Origin: Nannocystis radixulma
GTDB lineage: Bacteria; Myxococcota_A; Polyangia; Nannocystales; Nannocystaceae
Direction of reading: 5' to 3'
Length of the DNA stretch: 64,000 bases
Assembly (NCBI RefSeq): GCF_028369095.1
Contig: NZ_JAQNDN010000024.1
Location: forward strand, 629,253 to 693,252
Positions 1 to 9,891 of this stretch are shown here, piece after piece. The notes under the pieces were generated by a model. The model was given only the letters and a program-made list of their open reading frames with translations, did not search any database and was not told where the DNA came from. Within the stretch, counting starts at the first letter, position 1; every line of letters begins with the position of its first letter. A program made the position numbers and the translations under genes.

Positions 1-675
1 CTGGTGCGTTGCGCGTTCCTCGAGTGCGAGCTCTCCGGCGCGGATCTGCGGTCGTGCCGACTCGACTCGGTGACGCTGCTGGCGACCGATCTGCGGGCGA
101 CGCTGATCGAGGACGCGGAGTTCGAGCGCTGCACGCTGATCAAGGCCACGCTGGCCGGCATGCGCCTCGCCGGTATGCGCTTCCCGTTCACGCAATTCAC
201 CGACGCGGCGCTCGAGGGCTGCGACCTGAGCGGCGCCGATCTGCGCAACTGCAACTTCAAGGGCGCGAAGCTGGCGAAGCTCAAGGCGGGACGGGCGCGG
301 CTGACGAACGCGCTGTTCGTCGAGGCCGACCTGCGCGGCGCCGATCTGCAGGGAGCCGAGCTCACGCAGGCGATCTTCGTCGACGCCCAGCTCGAGCGGA
401 CCCAATGCGCCGGGGCGACGATGTATCAGTGCATCTTGCACCGGGCGAATTGCCGCGAGGCGACGTTCCGCGGGGCCGACCTGGTCTACGCCGACTTCTC
501 GCAGGCGATCGTCGCCGGCGCCGATTTCACCGGCGCGTCGATGTTCCGCGCCAACCTCCACGCCGTCGCGGACGAGGGGGCGAAGATCCCGAACCGCGCC
601 GTCACCCTCGGGACCGACCCCGAGCTGGCCGCCGCCCAGGGCTGGCGCCCGACCATGCCCCCTCCCAAGGAGTAG
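1..675 (+). CDS. pentapeptide-repeat protein (5'-partial, continues upstream of window)
   Basis: Open in frame from nt 1. Tandem pentapeptide A(D/N)LxxA(D/N)L pattern throughout (ADLRSCRLDSVTLLATDLRATLIEDAEF...GADLRNCNFKGAKL...). Stop TAG 673-675. GC3-rich codons. Confidence 0.8.
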   Translation: MVRCAFLECELSGADLRSCRLDSVTLLATDLRATLIEDAEFERCTLIKATLAGMRLAGMRFPFTQFTDAALEGCDLSGADLRNCNFKGAKLAKLKAGRARLTNALFVEADLRGADLQGAELTQAIFVDAQLERTQCAGATMYQCILHRANCREATFRGADLVYADFSQAIVAGADFTGASMFRANLHAVADEGAKIPNRAVTLGTDPELAAAQGWRPTMPPPKE

Positions 676-678
676 CGA

Positions 679-1335
679 ATGCAAGTCCACGATCTCCAGC
701 GTCTCCGTGTCCCCGCGACCGCGCCCGCGCATCAGGGCAGCGCGATCGTCCGCGAGCTGCGCGAGCAGTCGATTGTGCTGAGCGAGGAGCCGGGCGGCGA
801 GCCGTGGAGCGCACGACGGGCGGCCAGTTGCCTGCTCGCGCCGGAGCTTGGCGATCGCGTGTGGTTCGTGGTCGAGGCCGGCGTGCCGGGACAGCAGCGC
901 TGCTTCGTGACGGCGGTGCTCGAGCGCGAGAGCGACGCGGCGGCCCGCCTCGGCGTCGCGGGGGCGCCGGAGCTGCGGGTGGAGGCGGCCCGACTGACGC
1001 TCCGCGCCGACGCGCAGCTCGAGCTGCAGGCCGACGAGCTGCGCGCGCGCGGCCGGCTCGCGCGGGTGGTGCTCGACGAGTGCTCGTCGGTGCTGCGCAC
1101 GCTGTTCACCCACGCGAGCAAGGTGACGGTGGTCGGCAAGGTGGTCGAGACGCTCGCCGACCGGATCAGCCAGCACAGCAAGATCTCGCAGCGCACCGTC
1201 GAGCAGATCGATCAGGTCAAGGCCGGCACCATCGATTACCGCGCGACGTGCAGCGCCCAGATCGGGGCCGAGCACGCGCTCGTCACCGGCGCCGAGCTGG
1301 TCAAGATCGACGGCGGCCAGATCCACCTCGGCTAG
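679..1335 (+). CDS. DUF3540-like protein of a T6SS VgrG-associated accessory cassette
   Basis: ATG 679 with AAGGAG 7 nt upstream, 3-nt gap after the pentapeptide gene. Protein-like 218 aa. Gene order pentapeptide -> this -> DUF4150 PAAR-like matches known T6SS auxiliary modules; family assignment is from context, not from a recognised motif. Confidence 0.6.
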   Translation: MQVHDLQRLRVPATAPAHQGSAIVRELREQSIVLSEEPGGEPWSARRAASCLLAPELGDRVWFVVEAGVPGQQRCFVTAVLERESDAAARLGVAGAPELRVEAARLTLRADAQLELQADELRARGRLARVVLDECSSVLRTLFTHASKVTVVGKVVETLADRISQHSKISQRTVEQIDQVKAGTIDYRATCSAQIGAEHALVTGAELVKIDGGQIHLG

Positions 1336-1351
1336 AACGACAGGAGCCATC

Positions 1352-1747
1352 ATGTTCGCCAATACACAGATGATGGGCGTCGACACCGGCTTCCCCGATG
1401 TCTGCCTGACACCCTCGCCGGCCGGGCCGGTGCCGGTCCCGTACCCGAACATCACCGCCGGGCCGATGGGTGTACCCGCCGTCTACAACGTGCTGTTCAT
1501 GTGCGCCCCGGCGCACAACATGGCCACGACGATCCCGATGACTAATGGCGACAACGCGGGCCTCGCCACGGGCGTCGCCTCGGGTACGGTGATGGGCCCG
1601 TCGCGTCACTTGACCGGCGCCTTCACGTGCCTCGTCGGCGGCCTGCCGGTGACGCGCGTGACCAGCATGGCGCTGCAGAACTCGACCAACTGCCCGGGCG
1701 TGCGCGTGGTGCCGAGCCAGGTCAAGGTGCTGGTGCTGGCGCCCTGA
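1352..1747 (+). CDS. PAAR-like protein, DUF4150 family (T6SS spike-tip protein, no C-terminal toxin extension)
   Basis: Signature FPDVCLTPSPAGPVPVPYPNI near the N-terminus is the DUF4150 hallmark. 131 aa. 16 nt downstream of the previous gene. Confidence 0.85.
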   Translation: MFANTQMMGVDTGFPDVCLTPSPAGPVPVPYPNITAGPMGVPAVYNVLFMCAPAHNMATTIPMTNGDNAGLATGVASGTVMGPSRHLTGAFTCLVGGLPVTRVTSMALQNSTNCPGVRVVPSQVKVLVLAP

Positions 1748-1809
1748 ACTGCACGAAGCAGGACGCGTGCGCGGCCCGGAGCGCGGAGTTTGTGCGATAC
1801 TCGCCGGCG

Positions 1810-2277
1810 ATGACCGGCACGTCCACGAACCCCGGGCTCGCGCTCCTCTTCATCCCCGGGACGCTCTTCTGGGTCCTGGTGCTGGCGGGGATCTTCACCA
1901 AGAACACGTTCATGATCGGCGGGGCGGTGGTGCTGTTCGTCGTCACCGCCGTGGGCGCGATCACGATCAAGGCGCGCGCGAGCTCGGCCCGCAACGCCGA
2001 GCGCCTGCGCGTGTGGCAGGGCGGGACGCCGGGGCGCGCCCGCATCGTCACGATCGGCACGAAGGGCGGCGGCATCAATGGTCACCCCAACATCGACTTC
2101 GACCTCGAGGTGACGCTGCCGGGGCAGGAGCCCTATCGCGTGCAGGTCACCAGCCTGGTGTCGAAGCTGGCGATCCCGCGGGTCCAGCCCGACACCCAGA
2201 TCGACGTGCGCGTCGATCCGGCCAACAAGCTGAATGTCCTCATCGACGCCGCGCTGACGCCGTACGGCTACGAATGA
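1810..2277 (+). CDS. small membrane protein with 2 predicted TM helices, function unknown
   Basis: Track ORF 1627..2277; the first ATG (1810) sits in front of the hydrophobic stretch GLALLFIPGTLFWVLVLAGIF...GGAVVLFVVTAVGAI. Upstream in-frame part is low-complexity. Confidence 0.5.
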   Translation: MTGTSTNPGLALLFIPGTLFWVLVLAGIFTKNTFMIGGAVVLFVVTAVGAITIKARASSARNAERLRVWQGGTPGRARIVTIGTKGGGINGHPNIDFDLEVTLPGQEPYRVQVTSLVSKLAIPRVQPDTQIDVRVDPANKLNVLIDAALTPYGYE

Positions 2278-5200
2278 GCAATGCCGCGATCGTGACACTC
2301 TGAGCAGTCCTCGCCGAGCCAGGCGCGTGCGAGCTCGAGGGTGCCCGCATTCTCGGCGACCCGTTCGAGGAAGCGGCGGCGCGCGATGGGGTCGGTGATC
2401 TTCGCGGCGTTGGCGAGCAGGCGGTCACGCGCGGCGCGGATGACGTCGCGGGCCGCGTCGTGGTCCCCGGCGGCGTGGAGCGCTCGCGCGTGGACGAGGC
2501 GAGCGTGGGCGCCCTTGAGGCCGAAGCTGCCGAGCGACTCGAACTGCGCGACCGCGGCGCGGGCCGTCACCGCGGCCGCGGCCGCGCGACCCTGGGCGAG
2601 CTCGATGGCCGCCAGGATCGCCGTCGCCGACGCGCGCTCGATCGGGGCTGCCCGCAGCTGTTCGATGGCAGCCCGGACCTCGCGCGTCGCGTCGTCGAGC
2701 GCACCCAGGCGCAGGTGGACATCGGCGAGAGCGAGCCGTACCCGCCCCTGATCCATCGTGAGTCCGGGGCCCTGCCAGAACTCGACCATGCGAGCGGCCT
2801 CCTGCCGCGCCTCCTCCAGCGCGCCGCGGTTCGCCAGCACGCAGACGAAGAAGTAGTTCTGCATCGAGGTCGTGCTCCCGAGCTCCACCCCCTCGCGCAT
2901 GAGCTCACGGAGCTCGTGCTCGGCCTCGGCGAATGCGCCGAGCAGCAGGTAGTTCACGCCGACGAACAGCTGCGCGATCGCGGCGTGGCGGCGATGGCTC
3001 GCCTCGAGGAAGCTCCGCCGCGACGCCTGGGACCACTGTAGCCCCGCCCACGGGTCCTCGTTCGCCATGGCCTCGCGGTGTACGTGCGACAGCTCCATCA
3101 CGCCGCGGGCGAAGGGGTCGCGGCCGGCGACGGGCTCGACGATCGCGTGCACGCGCCGGAGACAGACCTCGGCGCGCTGGAACTGGCCGCCGATGTCGAG
3201 GATGAACATGCCCGTGGCGAGCGCCCAGGCGACCATCGCGGTCGCCTCGGGCGCCGGCGTCACGGCGCGCACGAGGTCGAGGGTGCGATCGAACTCGTCG
3301 AAGGCCTCGACCCGCACGCCCTCCCAGAGGAGCGCCCAGATCGCGCGGGCCCACGGCGCGGTGCCCGGCGCGGCCCACTGGACCGCCTCCCTCGCGTACG
3401 AGGCCGCGGTGTCGAGTTCGCTGCGCCATCCGTGCGCCTCGCACAGGACGATGAGCAGCGCGACTCGCCCGTCGTTCGGCACGTCGCACTTCAAGCCCTG
3501 GTGCGCGTAGGTCACCGCGGAGGTGGTGTCGTTGCCGCGCAGCGCGTGCTCGGCCGCGCCGATGTAGTAACTCCCGGCGCGCACTGGATCGCCGCCGCGC
3601 TCGAAGTGCTCCGCGAGCGCGATCGGGTTGTTCTCGCCGGACTCTGCGAGCCATGCTCCGGCGAGGCGGTGGCCGAGCGCGCGATCGGCCCCGGTGAGCA
3701 TCGCGTACGCGCCCTCGCGCAGCAGCGCGTGGCGGAACGCGAACTCCTGCTCCGCCGGGAATCGGCTGTCGGCGCGACGGACCAGCACTTCGGCCCGGAC
3801 CAGGTCGGCGATGTGCGCCGCTGCGTCCGCCGCCTGCGACACGCCGCCGAGCAGCGCAGCCACGCCGCCGAGCCAGAACACCTCGCCGAACACGCTCGCC
3901 GCCCGCAGGACCCGCCGCACGTCCGGATGCAGCCCGGTGAGGCGCGCCTGGACCATGGCGAGCACCGTCTGGGGCAGCGCCTCGCCGCGACGCTCGGCCA
4001 CCGCCCGGATCAGCTCCTCGAGGTAGAACGCGTTGCCCTCGGCCTGCACCACCAGACGCTCGACGGTCGCCGTGCTCACGGCGGCGCCGAGCACCTGGCG
4101 GATCAGCCGCTCGCTCGCCCGCTGGGGCAGCCCCTTGAGGCGCAGGTGCTGGACGTCGCGTCCTTCCCACAGCTTCGGGAACAGCGTGTGAACTTCGGGG
4201 CGTGCCAGCGCCAGCACCATGAGGGGCCGCTGGGCGAGGGATCGCAGCGCGGCGTCGATGAATTGCACGGTCGGCAGGTCGCCCCAGTGCAGGTCTTCGA
4301 GGACCAGCAGCACCGGATGCGCCGCGGTCTCCGCCAGCACGAATTCCTCCCAGGCGCGCCGCATCTGCTCGGACATCAGCTGCACGTCTTGCCGGGCGGC
4401 GCGCAGCGGGGCGCTCTCCTCGTCCGGAAGGCGGAGCTGGATGATCTCGCCGAGGAACTCGGTGACGCGGCGGCGCTCGCCGGCAGATACGGACCTGGCG
4501 ACGCGCTCGTGGAGCTTGTCCTGGCGGACCGCGAGCGGCTCGCCGTCACGCATGCGGCAGGCGTCGCGCAGCAGCTGACCGAGCAGGTCGAAGGCCGAAC
4601 CGGCGCGCAACGAGTCGCCGCGGCAGCACCAGATCTCGAGCGGCTCACCGCGCTCGCGCAGCGCCCGGACGACCTCGTGCGCGAGGCGGGACTTGCCGAG
4701 CCCCGCCGGCGCCGTGACCAGCACCGCGTGGGCGACCGAGTCGTCGACGCACTGGCTGAAGATGCCCTCGAGCGTGGCCAGCTCCCGCTCGCGACCCACG
4801 CACGAGGTCGCCTTGCCGAGCAGGGTCCGCGTCCCTTCGGCGAGCTCGGCCTCGGCCACGAGCTCGAGCCCGAGGGGGCCCTCGCGGACGTCGAACCTGG
4901 CGTCGAGCAGTCCGGCGGTGACATCGTCGAGCGCGATCGGCAGCGGAGCCTCGTACGGCCCCGGGCGTGCCGCGAGCATGCGCACGGCGCGATCGATCGC
5001 GTCGCCGACGGGCAGCGGGCCCGCGACCTCGCCCTGACCGGTGGCGATGGCCACGGGCCGCCCGGGCGACAGGGTCTGCATGGCGAGCGCGCAGCGGGCC
5101 GCGAGCACCGCCTGGTCGGTAGCGATCTGTCCGCCGACGATCGTCGTCACGATCGAGCCGTCGGCGAGCCGCTCGAAGTGGCCACCGCGGATAGCGACCG

Positions 5201-6176
5201 CGCCGCGCAGCTCCTCCGTGGTCGGCTCCGCGAGCTCGTCGCCGGGGAGCTGCGTGGTTGCGACGTCGATCCCGTGCTCGCCGCCCATCAGCACCACCGA
5301 GAGCACCTGCCGCTCGCCGTCCGTCAACGACATCGGGCGCTCGCGCGGGGGCTCGGGCAGCCCGCCCAGCGCCGAGAGTGCGGCCGCCACCTCGGCGCCG
5401 TCGCGCGGTCGCTCCTCCGGTCGCTTCGCCAGCATCTGCGCGAGCAGCTGCTCGAGGCTGCGCGGCACCTCGGGTCGGAGTTGCCGGAGCCGCGGCACCT
5501 CGGCGAACAGCACCTTCGCCAGCACCGCCATCAGATGATCGCCGGTGAACGCCGGCGAGCCGGCGAGACACTCGAACAATACGCAGCCGAGCGAGAATAC
5601 GTCGACCCGCGGTGTGACGTCCTGTTCGCCGCGCGCCTGCTCCGGGGCCATGTACCCCGGCGTCCCCAGGACCGCGCCTGCCTGCGTCAGATGCGTCCTG
5701 GCGTCGAAGCGGGCGATCCCGAAGTCGAGCACCTTGGCGCGCTCGACCTGTCGGCCGACCAGGAATAGGTTGCTCGGCTTGAGGTCGCGGTGGATCACGC
5801 CGCGAGCGTGGGCTGCTCCGAGCGCATCCGCGGTGCGTGCCCCGAGCGTGATACATTCGATGACCGATAAGGGCGAGCGTTCGAGCCGGTGGGCGAGGTC
5901 TTCGCCCTCGAGCCATTCCATCACCAGATACGGCTCTCCCGAGGGCACGAGCCCGCGCGCGACATAGCGAACGATCGCGGGGTGACGCAGCTCCGCCAGC
6001 ACCTCGGCTTCGCGCTCGAAGCGAGCGCGCTCGGCCCCGCGTCGCTGGGCGAGCATCTTCACCGCGACGGCATCACCGGTCGCGCGATCCGCCGCGCGGT
6101 AGACCTCGGCCATGCCTCCGGTGCCGGCGTGGTATTCGAGGATGAAGCGATCACCGACGACTTCACCTGGTTTCAT
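2268..6176 (-). CDS. Ser/Thr protein kinase fused to AAA-type NTPase and TPR-like C-terminal region
   Basis: Start taken at [11 protein letters not shown]. Hanks kinase motifs [30 protein letters not shown]; Walker [11 protein letters not shown]; long helical repeat C-terminus. Typical myxobacterial architecture. Confidence 0.85.
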   Translation of the reverse strand: MKPGEVVGDRFILEYHAGTGGMAEVYRAADRATGDAVAVKMLAQRRGAERARFEREAEVLAELRHPAIVRYVARGLVPSGEPYLVMEWLEGEDLAHRLERSPLSVIECITLGARTADALGAAHARGVIHRDLKPSNLFLVGRQVERAKVLDFGIARFDARTHLTQAGAVLGTPGYMAPEQARGEQDVTPRVDVFSLGCVLFECLAGSPAFTGDHLMAVLAKVLFAEVPRLRQLRPEVPRSLEQLLAQMLAKRPEERPRDGAEVAAALSALGGLPEPPRERPMSLTDGERQVLSVVLMGGEHGIDVATTQLPGDELAEPTTEELRGAVAIRGGHFERLADGSIVTTIVGGQIATDQAVLAARCALAMQTLSPGRPVAIATGQGEVAGPLPVGDAIDRAVRMLAARPGPYEAPLPIALDDVTAGLLDARFDVREGPLGLELVAEAELAEGTRTLLGKATSCVGRERELATLEGIFSQCVDDSVAHAVLVTAPAGLGKSRLAHEVVRALRERGEPLEIWCCRGDSLRAGSAFDLLGQLLRDACRMRDGEPLAVRQDKLHERVARSVSAGERRRVTEFLGEIIQLRLPDEESAPLRAARQDVQLMSEQMRRAWEEFVLAETAAHPVLLVLEDLHWGDLPTVQFIDAALRSLAQRPLMVLALARPEVHTLFPKLWEGRDVQHLRLKGLPQRASERLIRQVLGAAVSTATVERLVVQAEGNAFYLEELIRAVAERRGEALPQTVLAMVQARLTGLHPDVRRVLRAASVFGEVFWLGGVAALLGGVSQAADAAAHIADLVRAEVLVRRADSRFPAEQEFAFRHALLREGAYAMLTGADRALGHRLAGAWLAESGENNPIALAEHFERGGDPVRAGSYYIGAAEHALRGNDTTSAVTYAHQGLKCDVPNDGRVALLIVLCEAHGWRSELDTAASYAREAVQWAAPGTAPWARAIWALLWEGVRVEAFDEFDRTLDLVRAVTPAPEATAMVAWALATGMFILDIGGQFQRAEVCLRRVHAIVEPVAGRDPFARGVMELSHVHREAMANEDPWAGLQWSQASRRSFLEASHRRHAAIAQLFVGVNYLLLGAFAEAEHELRELMREGVELGSTTSMQNYFFVCVLANRGALEEARQEAARMVEFWQGPGLTMDQGRVRLALADVHLRLGALDDATREVRAAIEQLRAAPIERASATAILAAIELAQGRAAAAAVTARAAVAQFESLGSFGLKGAHARLVHARALHAAGDHDAARDVIRAARDRLLANAAKITDPIARRRFLERVAENAGTLELARAWLGEDCSECHDRGIAHS

Positions 6177-6335
6177 CTCCGGGCATCTTACAAGCCGGCC
6201 GTGCGCACCGTCCACGCCTGACGGTGCCCTGGCCAATGAACCTCGTTATTCGCGCGCCGCGATCGATTCGCCGGACGGCTCGCTGGGGGCGTGCGTCCCC
6301 GGTGGAGCGGAATGCGGCCGGACGACTGGCACGCG

Positions 6336-8024
6336 TTACTGCATGAGCGGGCTGCGGTCGCAGGGCAGGCTGCCGCCCGAGCGGTAGAGCATGTCCTGAT
6401 AGACGATGGTGTTGTCGATCGGGAAGGCGCTGACGGCCTCGGCCACGGTCTCGCCGTCGCGGACGACGCGGAAGCTCGGCGTGCCCTCGACCAGGGGGAC
6501 GCGGAACGACTGGATCCCGGCTTCCGCCTCGGTGGTCTGGACCTCGCCGCCGACCTCGATCTCGAGGGTCGCGGGGGCCGTCAGGAACGCGAGCAGCTCG
6601 ATCTCGTCGAGTGGTTCGCCGCCGTTGACCGCCTCGTAGACCGACTCCTGCTGCGACAGATCGGGCATGGCCGTGGTCGCCTGCAGGCGGTGTGAATAAT
6701 AGAGGGCGTCGCGGACGATCGGCGGCTGCTGGCCGGTCTTGAACCAGGTGACGTAATAGGCGGTCAGGTCGAACAGGGCCCATTGCGTGCCGCTCGACGG
6801 CGAGACCTCGGAGGCCTCGGAGTAGTCGTTCCAGGTGATGAGCTGGACCCATTCGGCGTCGCCTTCGACGGCGGCGTCCCACAGCAGGCGCATCGTCTGC
6901 GTGTTGCCGGCCTCGCTGAAGATGAGGTCCTTCGGCCGCGAGTCCTGCGGGCGCACCGGCGACATCCACTTCACGCCGAGCGCGTGGGCCTGTTCGGCGT
7001 TGCTGGCGTAGCCGGTCGCGCCGGAGACGGTGGCGGGGCCCCACGACGAGGTGCCGGCGAGCGGCACCTCGGCCTGGAAGCTCATGGTCGCGGTGCTCCA
7101 CGGCGACACGAACACCGGCCACAGCACGGCGTCGATGCCCTCGGCGGCGAGGGCGTCGATCGTCGACGCCCACCACGCGGGGCTGCGCTTGTCGGCGGCG
7201 AACGGGGCGAGCAGCAGCTCACCGCCCTCGGCGCGGAACACCGCGGGGTGTCCGGCGACCTCGGCGATCGAGTCGACGAAGGCGACCTGGGCCTCCATGT
7301 CGCTGCCCTCGTAGGTCGAGGTCATGTCGGGCATCAGGACGATGCGGAAGTCGGGGTCGGCGTTGCTGCTGGCGTCGAGAAGCTTGAGCAGGCGGTCCCA
7401 GTGGGTGCCGCTGGTGCTGAGGATGTCGTAGGTGAAGCCGTCGAGCCCGAGCGCGACGGCGCGGCGCACCTCCTGCTCGAAGTTGGCCAGCTCGTAGTCG
7501 ACGTCCTGCGGCCGCGGCGGCTGCGGGAGCGGGCGCTCCTTGATGAAGCCGCCGCAGTAGGCGAACTTGCCGTTCTCGCCCTCGGGCCGCAGGTAGTTCT
7601 TGGCGTAGTAGTCCTCGGCGGGCTCCTTGTTGTCGAGGGACAGCGGGTAGGGCGAGAAGTAATGCGCGAACACCTTTTTCGGCGAGTCGCGCAGCTCGCT
7701 CAGCGGCGGGGCGTCGAACGGCCAGCACGGGGTGCTGTCGACGGGATCGCCGGTGGTCTCGCCGGTGCTCGCGTCCGTGGTCGCGGTACCGTCGGTGGAC
7801 GTCGCGGTCGCGGTGGTGGTGGGCGGCTCGGCCGTGGTCGCGGCGGAGGACGTGGTGGTCGGCGTCGCCGTGTCCGAGTCGGTGGTGGCCGAGTCGGTGG
7901 TGGCCGAGTCGGTGGTGCTCGCGGTCCCGGCGGTCGACATGCTGCCGGCGCTGCCGTCGCCGCACGCCGCGACGAGCGAGACGGTGAGCAGGAGGTCGCA
8001 CAATGGGACGTTCGGCGCGCGCAT
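6336..8024 (-). CDS. secreted lipoprotein with Thr/Ser-rich linker; possible glycoside hydrolase (GH71-like?) domain
   Basis: Lipobox LVAACG after a basic N-terminus, long T/S-rich linker, about 450-aa globular domain. The hydrolase family is a guess from composition only. Confidence 0.55.
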   Translation of the reverse strand: MRAPNVPLCDLLLTVSLVAACGDGSAGSMSTAGTASTTDSATTDSATTDSDTATPTTTSSAATTAEPPTTTATATSTDGTATTDASTGETTGDPVDSTPCWPFDAPPLSELRDSPKKVFAHYFSPYPLSLDNKEPAEDYYAKNYLRPEGENGKFAYCGGFIKERPLPQPPRPQDVDYELANFEQEVRRAVALGLDGFTYDILSTSGTHWDRLLKLLDASSNADPDFRIVLMPDMTSTYEGSDMEAQVAFVDSIAEVAGHPAVFRAEGGELLLAPFAADKRSPAWWASTIDALAAEGIDAVLWPVFVSPWSTATMSFQAEVPLAGTSSWGPATVSGATGYASNAEQAHALGVKWMSPVRPQDSRPKDLIFSEAGNTQTMRLLWDAAVEGDAEWVQLITWNDYSEASEVSPSSGTQWALFDLTAYYVTWFKTGQQPPIVRDALYYSHRLQATTAMPDLSQQESVYEAVNGGEPLDEIELLAFLTAPATLEIEVGGEVQTTEAEAGIQSFRVPLVEGTPSFRVVRDGETVAEAVSAFPIDNTIVYQDMLYRSGGSLPCDRSPLMQ

Positions 8025-8182
8025 GGTGGACGGCAGGAGAACGAACTGTGCCCACCGTTGTCAAGGCGCGCGGGTGCGCCGAATCTCGCTCGTACGGCCG
8101 GGAGTCGAGCGCAGTGAGGTGCGCCGTGGTGGCCGGGCCCCGCCGCGCGCCGTTCACGAATGACGGCAGGAGCGCGCTGCCG

Positions 8183-8719
8183 TCATTCGCAGTCGCTCCA
8201 GACGAGGTGCGTGTGGCCCTCCGCCTCGCTCGACTCGATCTCGATCTGGCCGCCCGCGTCGATGATGGCGAAATCGGTCGGGGTTATCGTCAGCGTGTGC
8301 GTGTGATCGGCGGCGCCCGTGAACTCGTAGGTGCGCTCCACGCAGGCGTCGGCGTCGAAGGCGGGGATCACGAGCTCGTGCGGGGGCTCGTGGTTGTCCT
8401 TGATGATGATGTTGAGCGAGTCCTTGGCCGCACACCAGCCGCCGCCGCACGAGACCACGCCGGTGCTGGTGGTGCCGTGGTCGGTGGTGGCATTCGTGGT
8501 CGGCTCGGCGGTCGTACTCGCGCCTTCGCTCGTGGAGGTCGAGGTCGCGGGGTCGCCGGTCGAGGTGTCGCCCTCGGTGTCGGTGAGACCGGTCGAATTG
8601 GTGCCGGCGGTGCTGCCGGTCGAGGGGTCGGTGTCGCTGGCGGTGTCGCCGTTGCCGGGCTTGCAGGCGAGCAGGGCGGCCAGGGCGAGCGAGAGGCGTG
8701 CAGGTGTAATGTTAGGCAT
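8183..8719 (-). CDS. small lipoprotein (His-rich C-terminus), function unknown
   Basis: Internal ATG at 8719 gives MPNITPARLSLALAALLACKPG with a lipobox; T/S-rich linker; HTHTLT...EGHTHLV motifs. The upstream part of the track ORF is low-complexity. Confidence 0.55.
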   Translation of the reverse strand: MPNITPARLSLALAALLACKPGNGDTASDTDPSTGSTAGTNSTGLTDTEGDTSTGDPATSTSTSEGASTTAEPTTNATTDHGTTSTGVVSCGGGWCAAKDSLNIIIKDNHEPPHELVIPAFDADACVERTYEFTGAADHTHTLTITPTDFAIIDAGGQIEIESSEAEGHTHLVWSDCE

Positions 8720-8876
8720 GCGGACGAGCGTAGCGCGTCGCCGTGGCAGGCGGGAGCCGCTCGCTGCATCGCGCGACCGCTCGGGAGTGATGGGGGTGTT
8801 CGTGCTCGCGTGAACATTTCGGCCGCGGGACCACTGCGGACCGAACGGTCCGGTGAGCGAGAGCGCGGGCGCGCGC

Positions 8877-9869
8877 TCAGAAGTGATAGTCGAGCTGGTA
8901 CGGCACGCAGGCGAGGTTCTGCGGGGTGTCGACGCGGATCCAGATCTTGGCGCTGTCGTCGAGTCCGTCGCAGTTGAGCTTGGGGGCCACACTGCTGGCG
9001 CTGCAGCAGCCTTTCTGGCCCAGCGGGGCGATGTCGTCGGTGGCGCTGCCGCAATTGATGCTGGTGCCGCCGCTGTTGCACTGCAGGTAGACGCAGACCC
9101 GCCCGCCGCCGCCGTTCTGGGTGACGAGGCTGCGCACGGGGTCGACGTAGTTGAGGAAAGCGTCGTCGCCGGCGAAGGTGAACCAGTCGACGTCGTTGGC
9201 GCCCTTGATCGTGCCGCAGGCGAACGAGCCGTCGCCGTCGTTGTCGCTGATCGTGCCGAGGTTGAGGGCGGTCTCCTGATTGTCGTGCGGCTCGGCGCCG
9301 TAATCCTCGCAGGCGTCGGTGACCTGCTTGCACGGGCGGCAGGCGGCGTCGGTGTGGCAGAACTGGCTCAGGCCGGGACCGCAGGCGGTGTGCATCGGCC
9401 TGGGGGTGTTGAGCGGCGTGGCGCCCTCGCAGGTGTCGTCGGTGCAATCGTTGGTGTCGTCGGGGACGTCGGAGGCGTCGAGCATGGTGACGATGTCGCC
9501 GCCGTCGCACACGTAGCGCTGGCAGTCGCCGGGCACCTGCGGCGGCGGATCGTCGGCCAGCTCGCTCTGCAGGCCGCCCTTGCCGTCGCACACGTCCTGT
9601 CGACAATCACCATGGGTGCCGGGCCAGACTGTCCCCGCGGGCAGGTCGGCGACGCCGCAGGCGCCGTCGGTGCAGGTGATCTGCCGGCAGGGGCCGGGGA
9701 TCGGGCAATTGTTGGGACACTGATCGGCGCCGGTGGTCGGAATGTCGTCGGTGGTGCCGCCGCTGGTGCTGCCGGTCGAGGTCGTGGGATCGGTGGGATC
9801 GTCGTGGAACAGACAGGCGCCCGCGAGCGCCGTGGTGAAGATGCTGATCGCCGCCGTCGTGCCTCGCAT
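8877..9869 (-). CDS. Cys-rich secreted lipoprotein
   Basis: MRGTTAAISIFTTALAGAC signal with lipobox; more than 30 Cys in CxxC/CxDGxC-like patterns; T/S linker. Confidence 0.6.
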   Translation of the reverse strand: MRGTTAAISIFTTALAGACLFHDDPTDPTTSTGSTSGGTTDDIPTTGADQCPNNCPIPGPCRQITCTDGACGVADLPAGTVWPGTHGDCRQDVCDGKGGLQSELADDPPPQVPGDCQRYVCDGGDIVTMLDASDVPDDTNDCTDDTCEGATPLNTPRPMHTACGPGLSQFCHTDAACRPCKQVTDACEDYGAEPHDNQETALNLGTISDNDGDGSFACGTIKGANDVDWFTFAGDDAFLNYVDPVRSLVTQNGGGGRVCVYLQCNSGGTSINCGSATDDIAPLGQKGCCSASSVAPKLNCDGLDDSAKIWIRVDTPQNLACVPYQLDYHF

Positions 9870-9891
9870 CGCCCACACCTCCGATCCGAGG

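Noticed and set aside
9-1373. 454-aa +2-frame ORF across the pentapeptide/DUF3540 genes
   Set aside because: Arg/Gly/Ala/Pro-dominated low-complexity translation typical of an out-of-frame high-GC artefact; overlaps two well-supported genes.
3078-5768. 896-aa plus-strand ORF antisense to the Ser/Thr kinase gene
   Set aside because: No domain-like segments and extreme Arg/Gly/Ala bias; the minus-strand frame carries unambiguous kinase and P-loop motifs.
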